DNA from: an uncultured Candidatus Saccharibacteria bacterium
Lineage (GTDB): Bacteria; Patescibacteriota; Minisyncoccia; Phycocordibacterales; DAORIS01
NCBI GenBank assembly: GCA_964644035.1
Contig: CAZXUH010000002.1
Location: 756 to 64,755 of the forward strand
Reading direction: 5' to 3'
DNA: 64,000 nucleotides
Each line of letters begins with the position of its first letter. The first letter of the stretch is position 1. Shown here piece after piece: positions 19,804 to 29,858 of the stretch. A model generated the notes under the pieces. The model saw nothing but the letters and a program-made list of their open reading frames with translations, did not search any database and was not told the origin of the DNA. The position numbers were made by a program, and so were the translations under genes.

Positions 19804-21642
19804 ATGTCATTACTAGGAGGACTTTTCGGCAAAAAAGAAGAAGCAACACCGGCAAATACATCTATTCTGCCTCAACAGATTTATGAAGCTGGAGTACTCG
19901 AGCTCAAGGATATTATTGCTCCCTCTGCACTTAAAATAGGCCCTAGAAGCCTCTCTCTGGGAGACAAGATTCTTCGATCATTCTTTGTTATTTCATATCC
20001 TCGCTATCTTACAGAGAGCTGGTTTTCTCCTATCATCAACCTCGACAAGGTATTTGATGTTTCAATATTCATTCATCCAGTAGATACTGCAAGAGCACTC
20101 AAGCAATTTCAGAAAAAAGTAGCTGAAGTGCTTAGTCAGATCAGTGCTCGTGAAGAAAAAGGCTTGGTACGCGATCCTAAACTCGATACAGCCTATCAAG
20201 ACCTCGAATCATTGAGAGACAATCTCATGCAAGCTCAGGAAAAACTCTTTGATGTTGGTCTTTATATAACACTCTACGGAGAAAGCGAAGAAGAACTCGA
20301 TAAAATCGAATCTGAAATCAAATCCATCCTCGAAGCAAAGCTTATTTATATAAAACCTTCTCTTTTCCAACAAGAACAAGGCTTCAGAAGCACGTTGCCA
20401 ATCCAAGACGACCAATTGGCCGTGCATTCCAAACTCAATTCTTCACCTCTTTCTAGTCTTTTTCCTTTCGTCTCATTTGACCTGACATCCGATAGGGGAA
20501 TTCTCTACGGCATCAATAGACACAATTCAAGTTTGGTGCTTTTCGATCGCTTCTCACTCGAAAACTACAACTCTCTTATCTTTGCAAAATCCGGTTCTGG
20601 TAAATCATATACAACCAAACTCGAAATCCTACGCTCACTCATGTTTGATACTGACGTTATTGTTATTGACCCAGAAAGAGAATACGAGTACATGGCTCAA
20701 GCAACAGGTGGAAGATATTTCAATATCTCTCTCAATTCAGACAACCATATCAATCCTTTCGATTTGCCTGTGCCCAATGAAGATGAGACTCCAGCAAGCG
20801 TCTTACGTTCTCAAATCATCAACCTTGTCGGACTATTTCGTATCATGATGGGAGGTATTACACCCGAAGAAGATGCAATTATTGACCGAGCCATCACTGA
20901 AACATATGCTCTCAAAGATATTACTCCTGAATCTGATTTTTCATCGATCGAAGCACCTCTTCTTTCTGACTTTGAACTTGTCCTTGCTGGTATGGAAGGA
21001 GGGGAATCACTTGCACAACGCCTTACAAAATACACTCGTGGTACATGGGCAGGATTTATAAACAGACCATCGAACGTTGATATCAATAAAAAGTTTGTCG
21101 TCTTTTCTCTCCGAGATATGGAAGACGAACTCAAGCCTGTCGGTATGTATATCGTCATGCATTATATTTGGAATGCAATCAGGAGAAATCTCAAGAAGCG
21201 CTTGCTTGTAATCGACGAAGCGTGGTGGATGATGAAGTCCGAAGATACGGCCTCATTCCTACTCTCTTTGGCAAAACGTGGACGCAAATACTATCTCGGT
21301 CTTGCAACAATTACCCAAGACGTCGACGACTTTATGCGTTCTCCATATGGTCAACCGATCATCACCAACTCTTCGATTCAGCTTCTCTTGAAGCAATCAC
21401 CATCTTCTATCGACAGACTGCAGCAAGTATTCAATCTTACTGACGAAGAAAAATATCTATTGCTCGAATCAGGAGTAGGAGAAGGTATATTCTTTGCTGG
21501 TCTCAAGCACGTGGCTATAAAAGTTATTGCATCATATACAGAAGATCAGATTATCACTTCTGATCCATCGCAGATTCTCGCTATCAAGGAAGCCAGAAGG
21601 GAACTTGAACAAGCTGGCGGCGAGACACCTGCGCAACAATGA
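19804..21642 (+). CDS. VirB4-like ATPase
   Basis: Walker A AKSGSGKS, VIDPEREY, INPFD, Walker B LLVIDEAW, KRGRKY, TITQ. Confidence 0.9.
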   Translation: MSLLGGLFGKKEEATPANTSILPQQIYEAGVLELKDIIAPSALKIGPRSLSLGDKILRSFFVISYPRYLTESWFSPIINLDKVFDVSIFIHPVDTARALKQFQKKVAEVLSQISAREEKGLVRDPKLDTAYQDLESLRDNLMQAQEKLFDVGLYITLYGESEEELDKIESEIKSILEAKLIYIKPSLFQQEQGFRSTLPIQDDQLAVHSKLNSSPLSSLFPFVSFDLTSDRGILYGINRHNSSLVLFDRFSLENYNSLIFAKSGSGKSYTTKLEILRSLMFDTDVIVIDPEREYEYMAQATGGRYFNISLNSDNHINPFDLPVPNEDETPASVLRSQIINLVGLFRIMMGGITPEEDAIIDRAITETYALKDITPESDFSSIEAPLLSDFELVLAGMEGGESLAQRLTKYTRGTWAGFINRPSNVDINKKFVVFSLRDMEDELKPVGMYIVMHYIWNAIRRNLKKRLLVIDEAWWMMKSEDTASFLLSLAKRGRKYYLGLATITQDVDDFMRSPYGQPIITNSSIQLLLKQSPSSIDRLQQVFNLTDEEKYLLLESGVGEGIFFAGLKHVAIKVIASYTEDQIITSDPSQILAIKEARRELEQAGGETPAQQ

Positions 21643-22343
21643 AGCGTCATGCAAAAAAAATAGGAATATTTACTTGTATAGCCCTAATAATTGCTGCTGG
21701 ATTTTTTGACCTTATACAATTTTTACTCGATCTTGTGGTGGCAGGTTTGATTGCGGATACTATTTTAGCCTTACTGTTCTTTATACCTCTCAATTTATGG
21801 CTTTTACTGACAGGTAGACTCAATGGAAAAGTGGCTGCCAATTCATTGATAGCTTTTATTATAGGTCTCATACCAGTCATAAACGCTCTTCCAGAGTGTT
21901 TGTATGCAGTGGTAATGATTATTATTTTTAATAATCTAAAAGAAATCCTTCAGGTTGTAACAAAGATGGCTCCGTATATGAAAACTGCAGCAAAATTTGT
22001 TCCACCCTTGCAAGCCCCAGTAAAAACAATCGAGGTTGTACAGAAAATAGACAAAGCAACAGGAGGAAATATAGCTAAGAAGATAGCAAAAGAAACTCAA
22101 ACAGGCGACCAGACGCTCGATTTTAAGTCATTTGATGGCTCAACACAGGCTCAAAACTATACAAATGGCGTTGCAAACCAAGTTCTTGTCATAAAAAAGA
22201 AGGGTGGTTTGACTGAAAATACCCTTGATCTGCAAAATAAAATGCAGTCTGCAGCTGACAGACCAAGTGGAAATCTTCCCCAAATTTCAAATAGGAAAGG
22301 TGTTACAATAGAGGGTGCAAATGAAAAAAGGCCTATTGCATAA
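21639..22343 (+). CDS. Membrane protein of T4SS-like cluster
   Basis: About three N-terminal TMs (IPVINALP), overlaps VirB4 stop (ATGA). Confidence 0.65.
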   Translation: MKRHAKKIGIFTCIALIIAAGFFDLIQFLLDLVVAGLIADTILALLFFIPLNLWLLLTGRLNGKVAANSLIAFIIGLIPVINALPECLYAVVMIIIFNNLKEILQVVTKMAPYMKTAAKFVPPLQAPVKTIEVVQKIDKATGGNIAKKIAKETQTGDQTLDFKSFDGSTQAQNYTNGVANQVLVIKKKGGLTENTLDLQNKMQSAADRPSGNLPQISNRKGVTIEGANEKRPIA

Positions 22344-23313
22344 CATCGCTATTTTCACCACTCTCTTGATAGCGGTTTTTGTCTGTGGCATAACTTCTAC
22401 TCATGCAGAAGTGACCAATCCTTCTGACGTAACATCTATTATCTCCACTGTCAGCCCTGAGTATCCGAAAGCGTTTGATGAAGTTACTATTTCTATCAAG
22501 AGTTATGCTATGGACCTACAACGATCACTTATACGTTGGTATGTCGATGGAAAACTACTGTCAGAAAAGACTGCACTGACACAACTATCAGTACAAGCAG
22601 GGAATTATGGCACCACAAAGACAGTAAAAATACAGGTTATTGCTGCCGATGGTAGAGTAGCTGAAAAATCAATCTTTATAACACCTTCGGATTTGAGCCT
22701 TGTATGGCAAGCTGATACGTATACCCCTCCTTTTTATAAAGGAAAGCGTCTCTATAGCGCTAGCTCAGACATACTCATGATGGCAATACCAAGTGGTAAG
22801 TACGATTCAGATAAAATTATCTTTACATGGAAACAAGATGCCGACGTCATACCAAATAGTGGGGGGCTTGGAAAAAACACTATTACTATTCCAGGAACAC
22901 TTGTCACCAGAGAGAAAATGATCATTGTAGAAGCAATTTCTGTCGATGGTACCTATCATGCACGTCAGATAGTTACTCTGTCTCCAATTTTTACAAAAGT
23001 ATTGATGTACGAAAACAATCCACTGTTTGGAGTATGGTATGAAAACGCTTTGGTAAAAAACCAAACTATCGCATCAGCAGAATTCAAAGTGGCAGCATAT
23101 CCATTCTTTTTCTCTACAAAAAGCAGATTTTTGGATGATGTTCAGTATCTCTGGAGCGTAAACGGTGCAGGAGCAACGACAGCCTCTGGTAAAAGTTCTA
23201 TAACTCTCCAAAGGGATCAGAGTATTTCCAAAGCAGGTCTAGGTGTTGAGGCTCGGCATAAAAGCAAAATACTGCAAGATGCAAAAACATCAGTAAATCT
23301 AAACTTTAAATAA
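22321..23313 (+). CDS. Secreted protein with repeated Ig-like beta modules
   Basis: Signal peptide; I.WYVDG / FTWKQD / YLWSVNG repeats; WQADTYTPPFYKGK. Confidence 0.7.
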   Translation: MKKGLLHNIAIFTTLLIAVFVCGITSTHAEVTNPSDVTSIISTVSPEYPKAFDEVTISIKSYAMDLQRSLIRWYVDGKLLSEKTALTQLSVQAGNYGTTKTVKIQVIAADGRVAEKSIFITPSDLSLVWQADTYTPPFYKGKRLYSASSDILMMAIPSGKYDSDKIIFTWKQDADVIPNSGGLGKNTITIPGTLVTREKMIIVEAISVDGTYHARQIVTLSPIFTKVLMYENNPLFGVWYENALVKNQTIASAEFKVAAYPFFFSTKSRFLDDVQYLWSVNGAGATTASGKSSITLQRDQSISKAGLGVEARHKSKILQDAKTSVNLNFK

Positions 23314-23314
23314 T

Positions 23315-24244
23315 ATGACCCAAACTATTTCAACTTTGTATTTTAAAAAAATAATTTCACTACTAGTCTTTTTAACAGCTATTATCGCTGGTTTTTCTTT
23401 TTTAACTTCACTGACGCATGCTGTAGAGATAGACACCAGTTACGATCCACTTGTTAAGATTGAAGGTGTCACCGATGCCCAAACAACCGATGCAGATATT
23501 GGTTCTTATGTATCAGGTGCATATAAATGGACGATTTCGCTCGCAATTGCCTTGGCGGTGATCATGTTTACCTTCTACGCTTTTCAATACCTACTTTCCG
23601 AATCTACTATTACGAGCAAAGCTCATGCAAAAGAGGGGATGAAGAATGTTATTATCGGTCTTTTACTTATTTTTGCAGCATATCTCGTACTCCAGACAAT
23701 CAACCCTCAACTTGTAGCATTCAATTTAACCTTAGATTTGCCCGAAGCTACTTCGGTTTCAGAATCAGATAATGGTTGTGCTGGAGCAGATATAAAACCA
23801 ACTGGTGTAGGAGTTTATTACATTACAAATATAGAATGCCGAAAAGCTATTCCAGGCAGTGATCAGTTCGTTACTACTCAAGCAACGCGTTACAACGTGT
23901 ACAGTGGCTCTATTAATAGATGCCAGCAAGATGTGAGGGATGGGAATCTAGGTAACAATGTTGTCGGATGTGTAATATACAGCTCCAATTGGATTATTCG
24001 CCAAAGAATACAACTAACTGCCTCTCAAGAAGGTGGTGCTGACTACTCTGAATCCACATACTATCCTTCTGATCTAAGTAAGGGCTGGAGTACGGAGGGA
24101 GAGTGCCAAGCTCAAATTCCAAACTACGGTAAAACCGATATACCTGCATACTGTGCTGAAGAAAGAGCGGGGGAATGGGAATTTTTTGGTTGCTCTGTTA
24201 TAAAAGAATGTCATCGATACGACGGTAATATCACTACTGAATAA
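23315..24244 (+). CDS. VirB2/TrbC-like pilin domain fused to Cys-rich C-terminal domain
   Basis: Signal peptide, two TMs joined by S.AK..M.N.IIGL, YLVLQTINPQL; eight Cys in tail. Confidence 0.65.
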   Translation: MTQTISTLYFKKIISLLVFLTAIIAGFSFLTSLTHAVEIDTSYDPLVKIEGVTDAQTTDADIGSYVSGAYKWTISLAIALAVIMFTFYAFQYLLSESTITSKAHAKEGMKNVIIGLLLIFAAYLVLQTINPQLVAFNLTLDLPEATSVSESDNGCAGADIKPTGVGVYYITNIECRKAIPGSDQFVTTQATRYNVYSGSINRCQQDVRDGNLGNNVVGCVIYSSNWIIRQRIQLTASQEGGADYSESTYYPSDLSKGWSTEGECQAQIPNYGKTDIPAYCAEERAGEWEFFGCSVIKECHRYDGNITTE

Positions 24245-24250
24245 ACAATT

Positions 24251-25555
24251 ATGCTATCAAAAAAAACACTTCTCCTATTTCTAGTTCTCGTCCTGCTTGC
24301 AGTCGGAGCAGCGTTTTATTTTGTATCAGTAAATAAGCAGGGTGGAACGGTTCTTAATAGCGTTAGAAACCTTCTTCCTTTTGGCAGCAACGATATTTCT
24401 TCTGGCAGCATAGGAACTCCCTCGGATAATATTCCGGGTGGAACAGAGGACGAACCTATTGTTGTTAATACAAATACCGATGCACCAGTACCGGTCTTTA
24501 GAAAAATTGCAGATGGACCAGTATCTGGCTTCACAGTATTTACTAGACAACGCACTGAAATTCGTGAAGGTAAGAAAGTAACGATTACTGAAACACCTAT
24601 TAGATACATTGAGCGAAAAAACGGCAATGTCTTTGAAACATTCTCAACATCGACACGAACAAATCGTCTTACCAACACTACCTATCCACGTATTCAGGAA
24701 GCATTCTTTACCAATACAGGAAATTCTCTTGTTATCAGAAGCCTTGGTGACACAGATGAAATAAAAACATATCTTGCTGATATTATTTTGCCAGAAACAA
24801 CTTCTACTTCTACGGTTTTTGATGAAGAATCACTTGGATCTCTCAAGGGCTTCTATATTAAGGACGATGTTTCTTTTGTAGACATTTCTCCTGATACCAA
24901 AACAATACTTCTTGCTACAGAAGACGTATCAGGTACCTCTATTCAGACTATAGATACAAAAGGTGGTGGTACAAAAAATATATTTAGCTCAAGACTAGGG
25001 GAATGGCTCGTACAGTGGTATAGCGCCGACACAATCGCCCTTACATCTAAACCTTCTTCTGGTGTTAATGGTCTCACCATGCTTCAGAATATTAGAAATA
25101 GCACATCTGAGAAACCAGTTACCAATGTCCCTGGCCTCACTTCTCTCGTCAATTCTAAGGGCGATAAAATTCTATTCTCACAAGCCCAGAACAAAGGCTT
25201 CGCACTTGGATATTATGATAAAAAAACCGGTCTAAAGACCCAAGCAGACAGACCAACCCTTCCAGAAAAATGCGTCTGGTCAAAGAAACAAACAAATATC
25301 GTATACTGTCTTGTGCCAAACATAGTCAACAGTGGAACATATCCGGATGATTGGTATCAGGGTACTATTAGTTTTACTGACAGCATCTGGAAACTAGACA
25401 CAACTTCAAATTCTATCTCTTCTCTCTATGATCCTGCAGATACGGACAACGCTGAAATAGACGGTATTAGACCAGCACTTTCTCCAAACGAAGATTATCT
25501 TATCTTTATGAATAAAAAAGACGGTTCACTCTGGTCACTCAAACTCGAAATCTAG
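24251..25555 (+). CDS. Membrane-anchored beta-propeller-like protein
   Basis: N-terminal TM; ISPD/LSPNEDYLIF/KCVWS TolB-like blades; YPDDWYQG. Confidence 0.7.
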   Translation: MLSKKTLLLFLVLVLLAVGAAFYFVSVNKQGGTVLNSVRNLLPFGSNDISSGSIGTPSDNIPGGTEDEPIVVNTNTDAPVPVFRKIADGPVSGFTVFTRQRTEIREGKKVTITETPIRYIERKNGNVFETFSTSTRTNRLTNTTYPRIQEAFFTNTGNSLVIRSLGDTDEIKTYLADIILPETTSTSTVFDEESLGSLKGFYIKDDVSFVDISPDTKTILLATEDVSGTSIQTIDTKGGGTKNIFSSRLGEWLVQWYSADTIALTSKPSSGVNGLTMLQNIRNSTSEKPVTNVPGLTSLVNSKGDKILFSQAQNKGFALGYYDKKTGLKTQADRPTLPEKCVWSKKQTNIVYCLVPNIVNSGTYPDDWYQGTISFTDSIWKLDTTSNSISSLYDPADTDNAEIDGIRPALSPNEDYLIFMNKKDGSLWSLKLEI

Positions 25556-26316
25556 TTCTTAACTGTATTCGATTCTACAATTACTACTGGTTCTGTAAGC
25601 TTTCGGCGATGGCGTCGTAGAAGAAGCTCTTGGAAGACCATAAAAATGTTGCTGGTGATGAAATAAAGAGCAATAAAGGCAGGTAGTCTGAATGAAATGA
25701 AGAAAATCATTATCGGAAGGATGTATTTGATCTGAACACTCATACTGCGAGCAATATCATCTTGGAAAGATGGTTTTACACCTGGCTTTTTTGGCTCTAC
25801 CGTCATCATTGGCTGGAACTGACCCTGAATAAACTGCGTAATAGCTGCTATAACAGCAGTTAGAATGCTTTTCTGAGTTATATCGAGCAAACCTAGGAAT
25901 GTTGTGCTGACGAACAATGTAGGATGAATAAATGGGTAGAGTAAACTTTCATTGATCTGAGTCAGTGTACCACTTGAGAAGATGTGGTAGAGAGAAATAA
26001 TAATAGGAAGCTGAATAAGAAGCACAAAGAAGCTAGAGAGAGGATTGATTTTATTAGCTTTGTAGAGTTTGAGTATTGCCTGACCCTGCTCCTTAACATC
26101 CTTTATCTCATTTTTGATCTTTTTGAGCTCTGGATCTACCTCTTTGAGCTTAATCTGTGTCAACAAAGCCTTCTTTTGGAGAGGATAGAGGGCAAACTTC
26201 ACAATAACTGTGAAAAGAACTACCGCCATACCTGCATCTATCCCTGGAATAGCCAAAATAAGAACAAAGGCATTGTAAAGCGGTATATAGAATATCTGTT
26301 TGATTATATTAAACAT
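25552..26316 (-). CDS. yidC: Membrane protein insertase YidC (short form)
   Basis: LYKANKINP..F..LIQLPI, LP..IALYFITSN; location next to rnpA. Confidence 0.92.
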   Translation of the reverse strand: MFNIIKQIFYIPLYNAFVLILAIPGIDAGMAVVLFTVIVKFALYPLQKKALLTQIKLKEVDPELKKIKNEIKDVKEQGQAILKLYKANKINPLSSFFVLLIQLPIIISLYHIFSSGTLTQINESLLYPFIHPTLFVSTTFLGLLDITQKSILTAVIAAITQFIQGQFQPMMTVEPKKPGVKPSFQDDIARSMSVQIKYILPIMIFFISFRLPAFIALYFITSNIFMVFQELLLRRHRRKLTEPVVIVESNTVKN

Positions 26317-26318
26317 CG

Positions 26319-26666
26319 TTAGATTCTAGCTTTTTTAAGCAGAAAGTCTATTTCTTCCTTCAACTGAGCTAGTCTGACTGTAGAAATGGACTTTTGAATG
26401 AAAAACACAAAAGTATAGGGCTTAGTGAGATCCTTACCTAGTATATTTTTGATGATTGGATAGACTCTACGTCTTGACCGATTCCTCAAAACTGCTGTCT
26501 TCTCTATTTTTTTAGACACTACAACAGAAAATTTTGATTTTGGGAAAACAGCCTCGGAATTCCTTGTTATTTTTAGTGAGATATGATCAGAAGAAAAATG
26601 ATTACCTTTCTGAACTTGAAGGATTCGATGGGTGCGAGCATCAATACGATGACTCTTGGGGAACAT
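26319..26666 (-). CDS. rnpA: RNase P protein component
   Basis: VVVSKK...AVLRNRSRRR motif; rpmH-rnpA-yidC synteny. Confidence 0.9.
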   Translation of the reverse strand: MFPKSHRIDARTHRILQVQKGNHFSSDHISLKITRNSEAVFPKSKFSVVVSKKIEKTAVLRNRSRRRVYPIIKNILGKDLTKPYTFVFFIQKSISTVRLAQLKEEIDFLLKKARI

Positions 26667-26696
26667 AGAGGATTATTTTGTCAAAAAAAAGACAGT

Positions 26697-26831
26697 TTAG
26701 ACGGCCAATCGAGCGCGTCCCTTCCTTCGACGGCGTGTAATAGTGTTGCGTCCGGTCTTGGTTGATTTTCTTTTTAGAAAACCATGAACCTTTTTGCGGC
26801 GACTTTTCTTTGGTTGAAATGTTTGAGACAT
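26697..26831 (-). CDS. rpmH: 50S ribosomal protein L34 (absent from ORF track)
   Basis: Translates [44 protein letters not shown]. Confidence 0.95.
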   Translation of the reverse strand: MSQTFQPKKSRRKKVHGFLKRKSTKTGRNTITRRRRKGRARLAV

Positions 26832-26939
26832 AAAACGAGGTCGAATTAAATATTAACAGGTTATGCACACATTATAAACATATAAATCAAAATTTAACAA
26901 GTTCTCTAATATCAATCCAGGTATATAATTCTTATCACT

Positions 26940-28289
26940 ATGAATGATCAAGACTTGTGGAATGTTGCTTTAAAAGAACTAGAACCTATTGTTTCTAAAA
27001 GCAATCACGGTCTGTTTAAAAAAACATCGATCATGAAACTCGAGGATGGCACTGCTCATATTGCTGTACCAAGCCTCTTTGTAAAAGAAGTTTTATCGAC
27101 AAAATTCAATAAAAGCATTCTCAGGGCTCTACGTCTTCAGTCTGACACAATCAGAAATATCTCCTACACTATAAGCGAATTGAGTGCTCAGGATAAGAAA
27201 AAAGAGGTGGTAGTAATCAAAAAACAGGAAACTACGGCTCAACTACCGCTTAATGACTACTATGTAAATAAAGATGACAATCTAAATCCTCGTTATACCT
27301 TTGATTCTTTCATAATTGGCCCCTTCAACCAACTCGCCCACGCCGCTTCTCAGGCGGTCATACAAAAGCCGGGTACAGCATACAATCCGCTCTTTATATA
27401 TGGAGATACAGGTAGGGGAAAGACGCATTTGATCCAAGCAATAGGCAATCAAATGAAGCATTTGTATCCAAGTAAGAAAGTGTTCTACTTAACCTCAGAA
27501 AAATTCGCGACAGAATACTTTAACTCTTTGCAAAACGGAAAAATAAACCAGTTCAAACAAAAATACCGAGTGTACGATGTATTTATCATGGATGATATAC
27601 AATTTTTCTCAAATAAAGAGAAAAGTCAGGAAGAATTGTTCCATGTATTCAACGAACTCTACGACAACAACAAACAAATCATCTTTTCTTCAGATAAACA
27701 CCCACATTACATTCAAAATCTCGAAGAAAGGCTCAAATCTCGCTTCGGAGCAGGTATGATTGTCGATATTCCAGCTCCAGATCACGAATCGAGAGCTGCT
27801 ATTTTGAAAGCAAAAGCTCGACATCACAATATAGAACTCACTCACGACATAATTGATTTTATTGCTTCAACAGTTGAAGCAAATATTAGAGAACTCGAAG
27901 GAATTATCAATTCGATTATTATTCGAAGTCAAATAGAAGCCCGATCACTTTCTCTTTCTGATATAAAAACAATTATAAAAGGTCCGGCTCGACCTCGACG
28001 CAATGTTTCTGTAAAAGATGTCATTAAAACTATATCTCAGTTTTACGATGTAGAAGAGAAAAGTATATATGAGAAAACCCGAAAAAAGGAGGTGGTTAAG
28101 CCACGCCAGGTGATTATGTACATACTCAGAGAAGACTACGATGTATCATATCCATCGATAGGAGAGAAGCTTGGCGGTAGAGATCATACTACTGTTATTC
28201 ATTCATGTGAAAAGGTAAAAGGGGATATAAAAACCAATCCTGTATTTGCTGAGGAGATAGAAAGAATTCGTTCGATTATCTCATGTTGA
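26940..28289 (+). CDS. dnaA: Chromosomal replication initiator DnaA
   Basis: LNPRYTFDSF, YNPLFIYGDTGRGKTHL, DDIQF, GGRDHTTVIH. Confidence 0.98.
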   Translation: MNDQDLWNVALKELEPIVSKSNHGLFKKTSIMKLEDGTAHIAVPSLFVKEVLSTKFNKSILRALRLQSDTIRNISYTISELSAQDKKKEVVVIKKQETTAQLPLNDYYVNKDDNLNPRYTFDSFIIGPFNQLAHAASQAVIQKPGTAYNPLFIYGDTGRGKTHLIQAIGNQMKHLYPSKKVFYLTSEKFATEYFNSLQNGKINQFKQKYRVYDVFIMDDIQFFSNKEKSQEELFHVFNELYDNNKQIIFSSDKHPHYIQNLEERLKSRFGAGMIVDIPAPDHESRAAILKAKARHHNIELTHDIIDFIASTVEANIRELEGIINSIIIRSQIEARSLSLSDIKTIIKGPARPRRNVSVKDVIKTISQFYDVEEKSIYEKTRKKEVVKPRQVIMYILREDYDVSYPSIGEKLGGRDHTTVIHSCEKVKGDIKTNPVFAEEIERIRSIISC

Positions 28290-28508
28290 TAAAACTGGGG
28301 AAAAAAATCGTACAACTTCTTAATAAACCCTTGATAAATACAGAAAAAATATTTTTAAAGAAAAATTAAAAAAATAATCCGATGTTTTCCACAGAAAATC
28401 AGAAAAATTTTTCAGAAAAAATCGTTACAGAGAAACAAATTAAAGGGTTATCAACATATCCCCAGGCCTAATAGTAATAATAAATAAATTCTTATATTAA
28501 TAATACAT
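28284..28508. other. Replication origin oriC
   Basis: dnaA-dnaN intergenic, AT-rich; DnaA-box-like 9-mers at 28284, 28296, 28385, 28448, 28456; GC patch then TAA-TAG-TAA-TAA-TAA trios at 28469-28483. Confidence 0.85.
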
Positions 28509-29603
28509 ATGAAAATCGAATGCACTAGAGAGAGTTTGGTAGACGTGTTAAGTAAGGCTGAGAAAATAGCTGGTAAGAATCTCACTATGCCGATTTTGAG
28601 TTGTATTTTACTTGATGCAAGCACAGATCGATTGCTTATACGCGCCACAAATCTTGAGTTGGCACTCCAGGTCACGATTCCAGTTAAAATCGCTAATAAA
28701 GGTATTGTGGCCGTTCCAGCGCATACATTTAGCTCCTACATAAACACGTTGGATAAGGATAAGATAGTTACACTTGAGTTGATAGAACAAAATCTTAAGA
28801 TTTCTTCCGCTTCAAACACTACTCTTATTAAAACATTCAATCATGAAGATTTTCCAACTATCCCAGAAATAGAAAATCCTACTTCTTTTACTATAAAACC
28901 TTCTCTTTTCTCAGATGGTTTGAAGTCGGTTTCATATTCTTCGGCCCAAACAAGCATGAAACCAGAGCTTTCAAGTGTATATATTTATACTGAGGACGGG
29001 AATTTGGTTTTTGTTGCTACAGACTCATTTAGACTGGCTGAAAAGAAAATAAAGGCTAAGTTTAGCGACGAATGGAATACTCTTATTCCTGTAAAAAACA
29101 CCCCTGATATCATACGAATACTCGATACTATGGCCGAAGATGTGGAAGTAATGGTTACTAAACACCAAATTGTATTTAGGGGTAAGAATCTCTACCTCAC
29201 TTCTAGGGTGATAGAGGGATCTTTTCCTGATTATCGACAAATCATTCCAAAAGATTCAAAAACTGAAGTCACTATTCTTCGTCAGGATCTTCTTAAGGCT
29301 TTTAGAGTTGCAACTATCTTTTCTGATAAGTTTAATAAATTAAACATGAAGGCAATTCCATCTCAAAGTAGAATGGAAATCAAAACAAGTAATCAAGATG
29401 TTGGAGAAACACTTACCAATATCGAAGGTACAGTCACAGGAGAAGAAGTGGATGTAAATTTCAACTATCGGTATATTTCAGATTGCATGCAATCAATCGA
29501 AACGACAAGTATTGTATTCCAATTCAACGGTCTTGGAAAATTGGTGATTAAAGGAGTAGGGGATGCTATGTTTATGTATCTTGTAATGCCAATGAATCGA
29601 TAA
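28509..29603 (+). CDS. dnaN: DNA polymerase III beta clamp
   Basis: ATNLE, VATDSFRLAE, IEGSFPDY, YLVMPM. Confidence 0.97.
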   Translation: MKIECTRESLVDVLSKAEKIAGKNLTMPILSCILLDASTDRLLIRATNLELALQVTIPVKIANKGIVAVPAHTFSSYINTLDKDKIVTLELIEQNLKISSASNTTLIKTFNHEDFPTIPEIENPTSFTIKPSLFSDGLKSVSYSSAQTSMKPELSSVYIYTEDGNLVFVATDSFRLAEKKIKAKFSDEWNTLIPVKNTPDIIRILDTMAEDVEVMVTKHQIVFRGKNLYLTSRVIEGSFPDYRQIIPKDSKTEVTILRQDLLKAFRVATIFSDKFNKLNMKAIPSQSRMEIKTSNQDVGETLTNIEGTVTGEEVDVNFNYRYISDCMQSIETTSIVFQFNGLGKLVIKGVGDAMFMYLVMPMNR

Positions 29604-29606
29604 TAC

Positions 29607-29858
29607 ATGCTCAATATAAACGATTATTTAAAAAAGTTTAGTGGTATTGTAAATAATAAACATCAGGCATATAAGATTGTTTCTTCAGAAGTACAAAAAA
29701 TTCTAGGTATTGAAATAAAAAAGCAGGCTGTTGAAATAAAAGAAGGTATCCTTTATCTAAAAGAAAGTCCTATTATAAAAAATACTATTTTCTTCAATAA
29801 GAAAATGATTCTTGAGAATATGCAGAGAGCAGGTTTGAAGATTGTTGATATTCGCTAA
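29607..29858 (+). CDS. Small basic protein, possibly DciA/DUF721-like helicase loader
   Basis: Immediately after dnaN; IKEGILYL..SP..KN.IF..K..IL pattern resembles the KH-like DciA domain. Confidence 0.45.
   Translation: MLNINDYLKKFSGIVNNKHQAYKIVSSEVQKILGIEIKKQAVEIKEGILYLKESPIIKNTIFFNKKMILENMQRAGLKIVDIR

Noticed and set aside
26641-26868. 75-aa ORF from the track
   Set aside because: Wrong frame; the real gene is rpmH at 26697-26831
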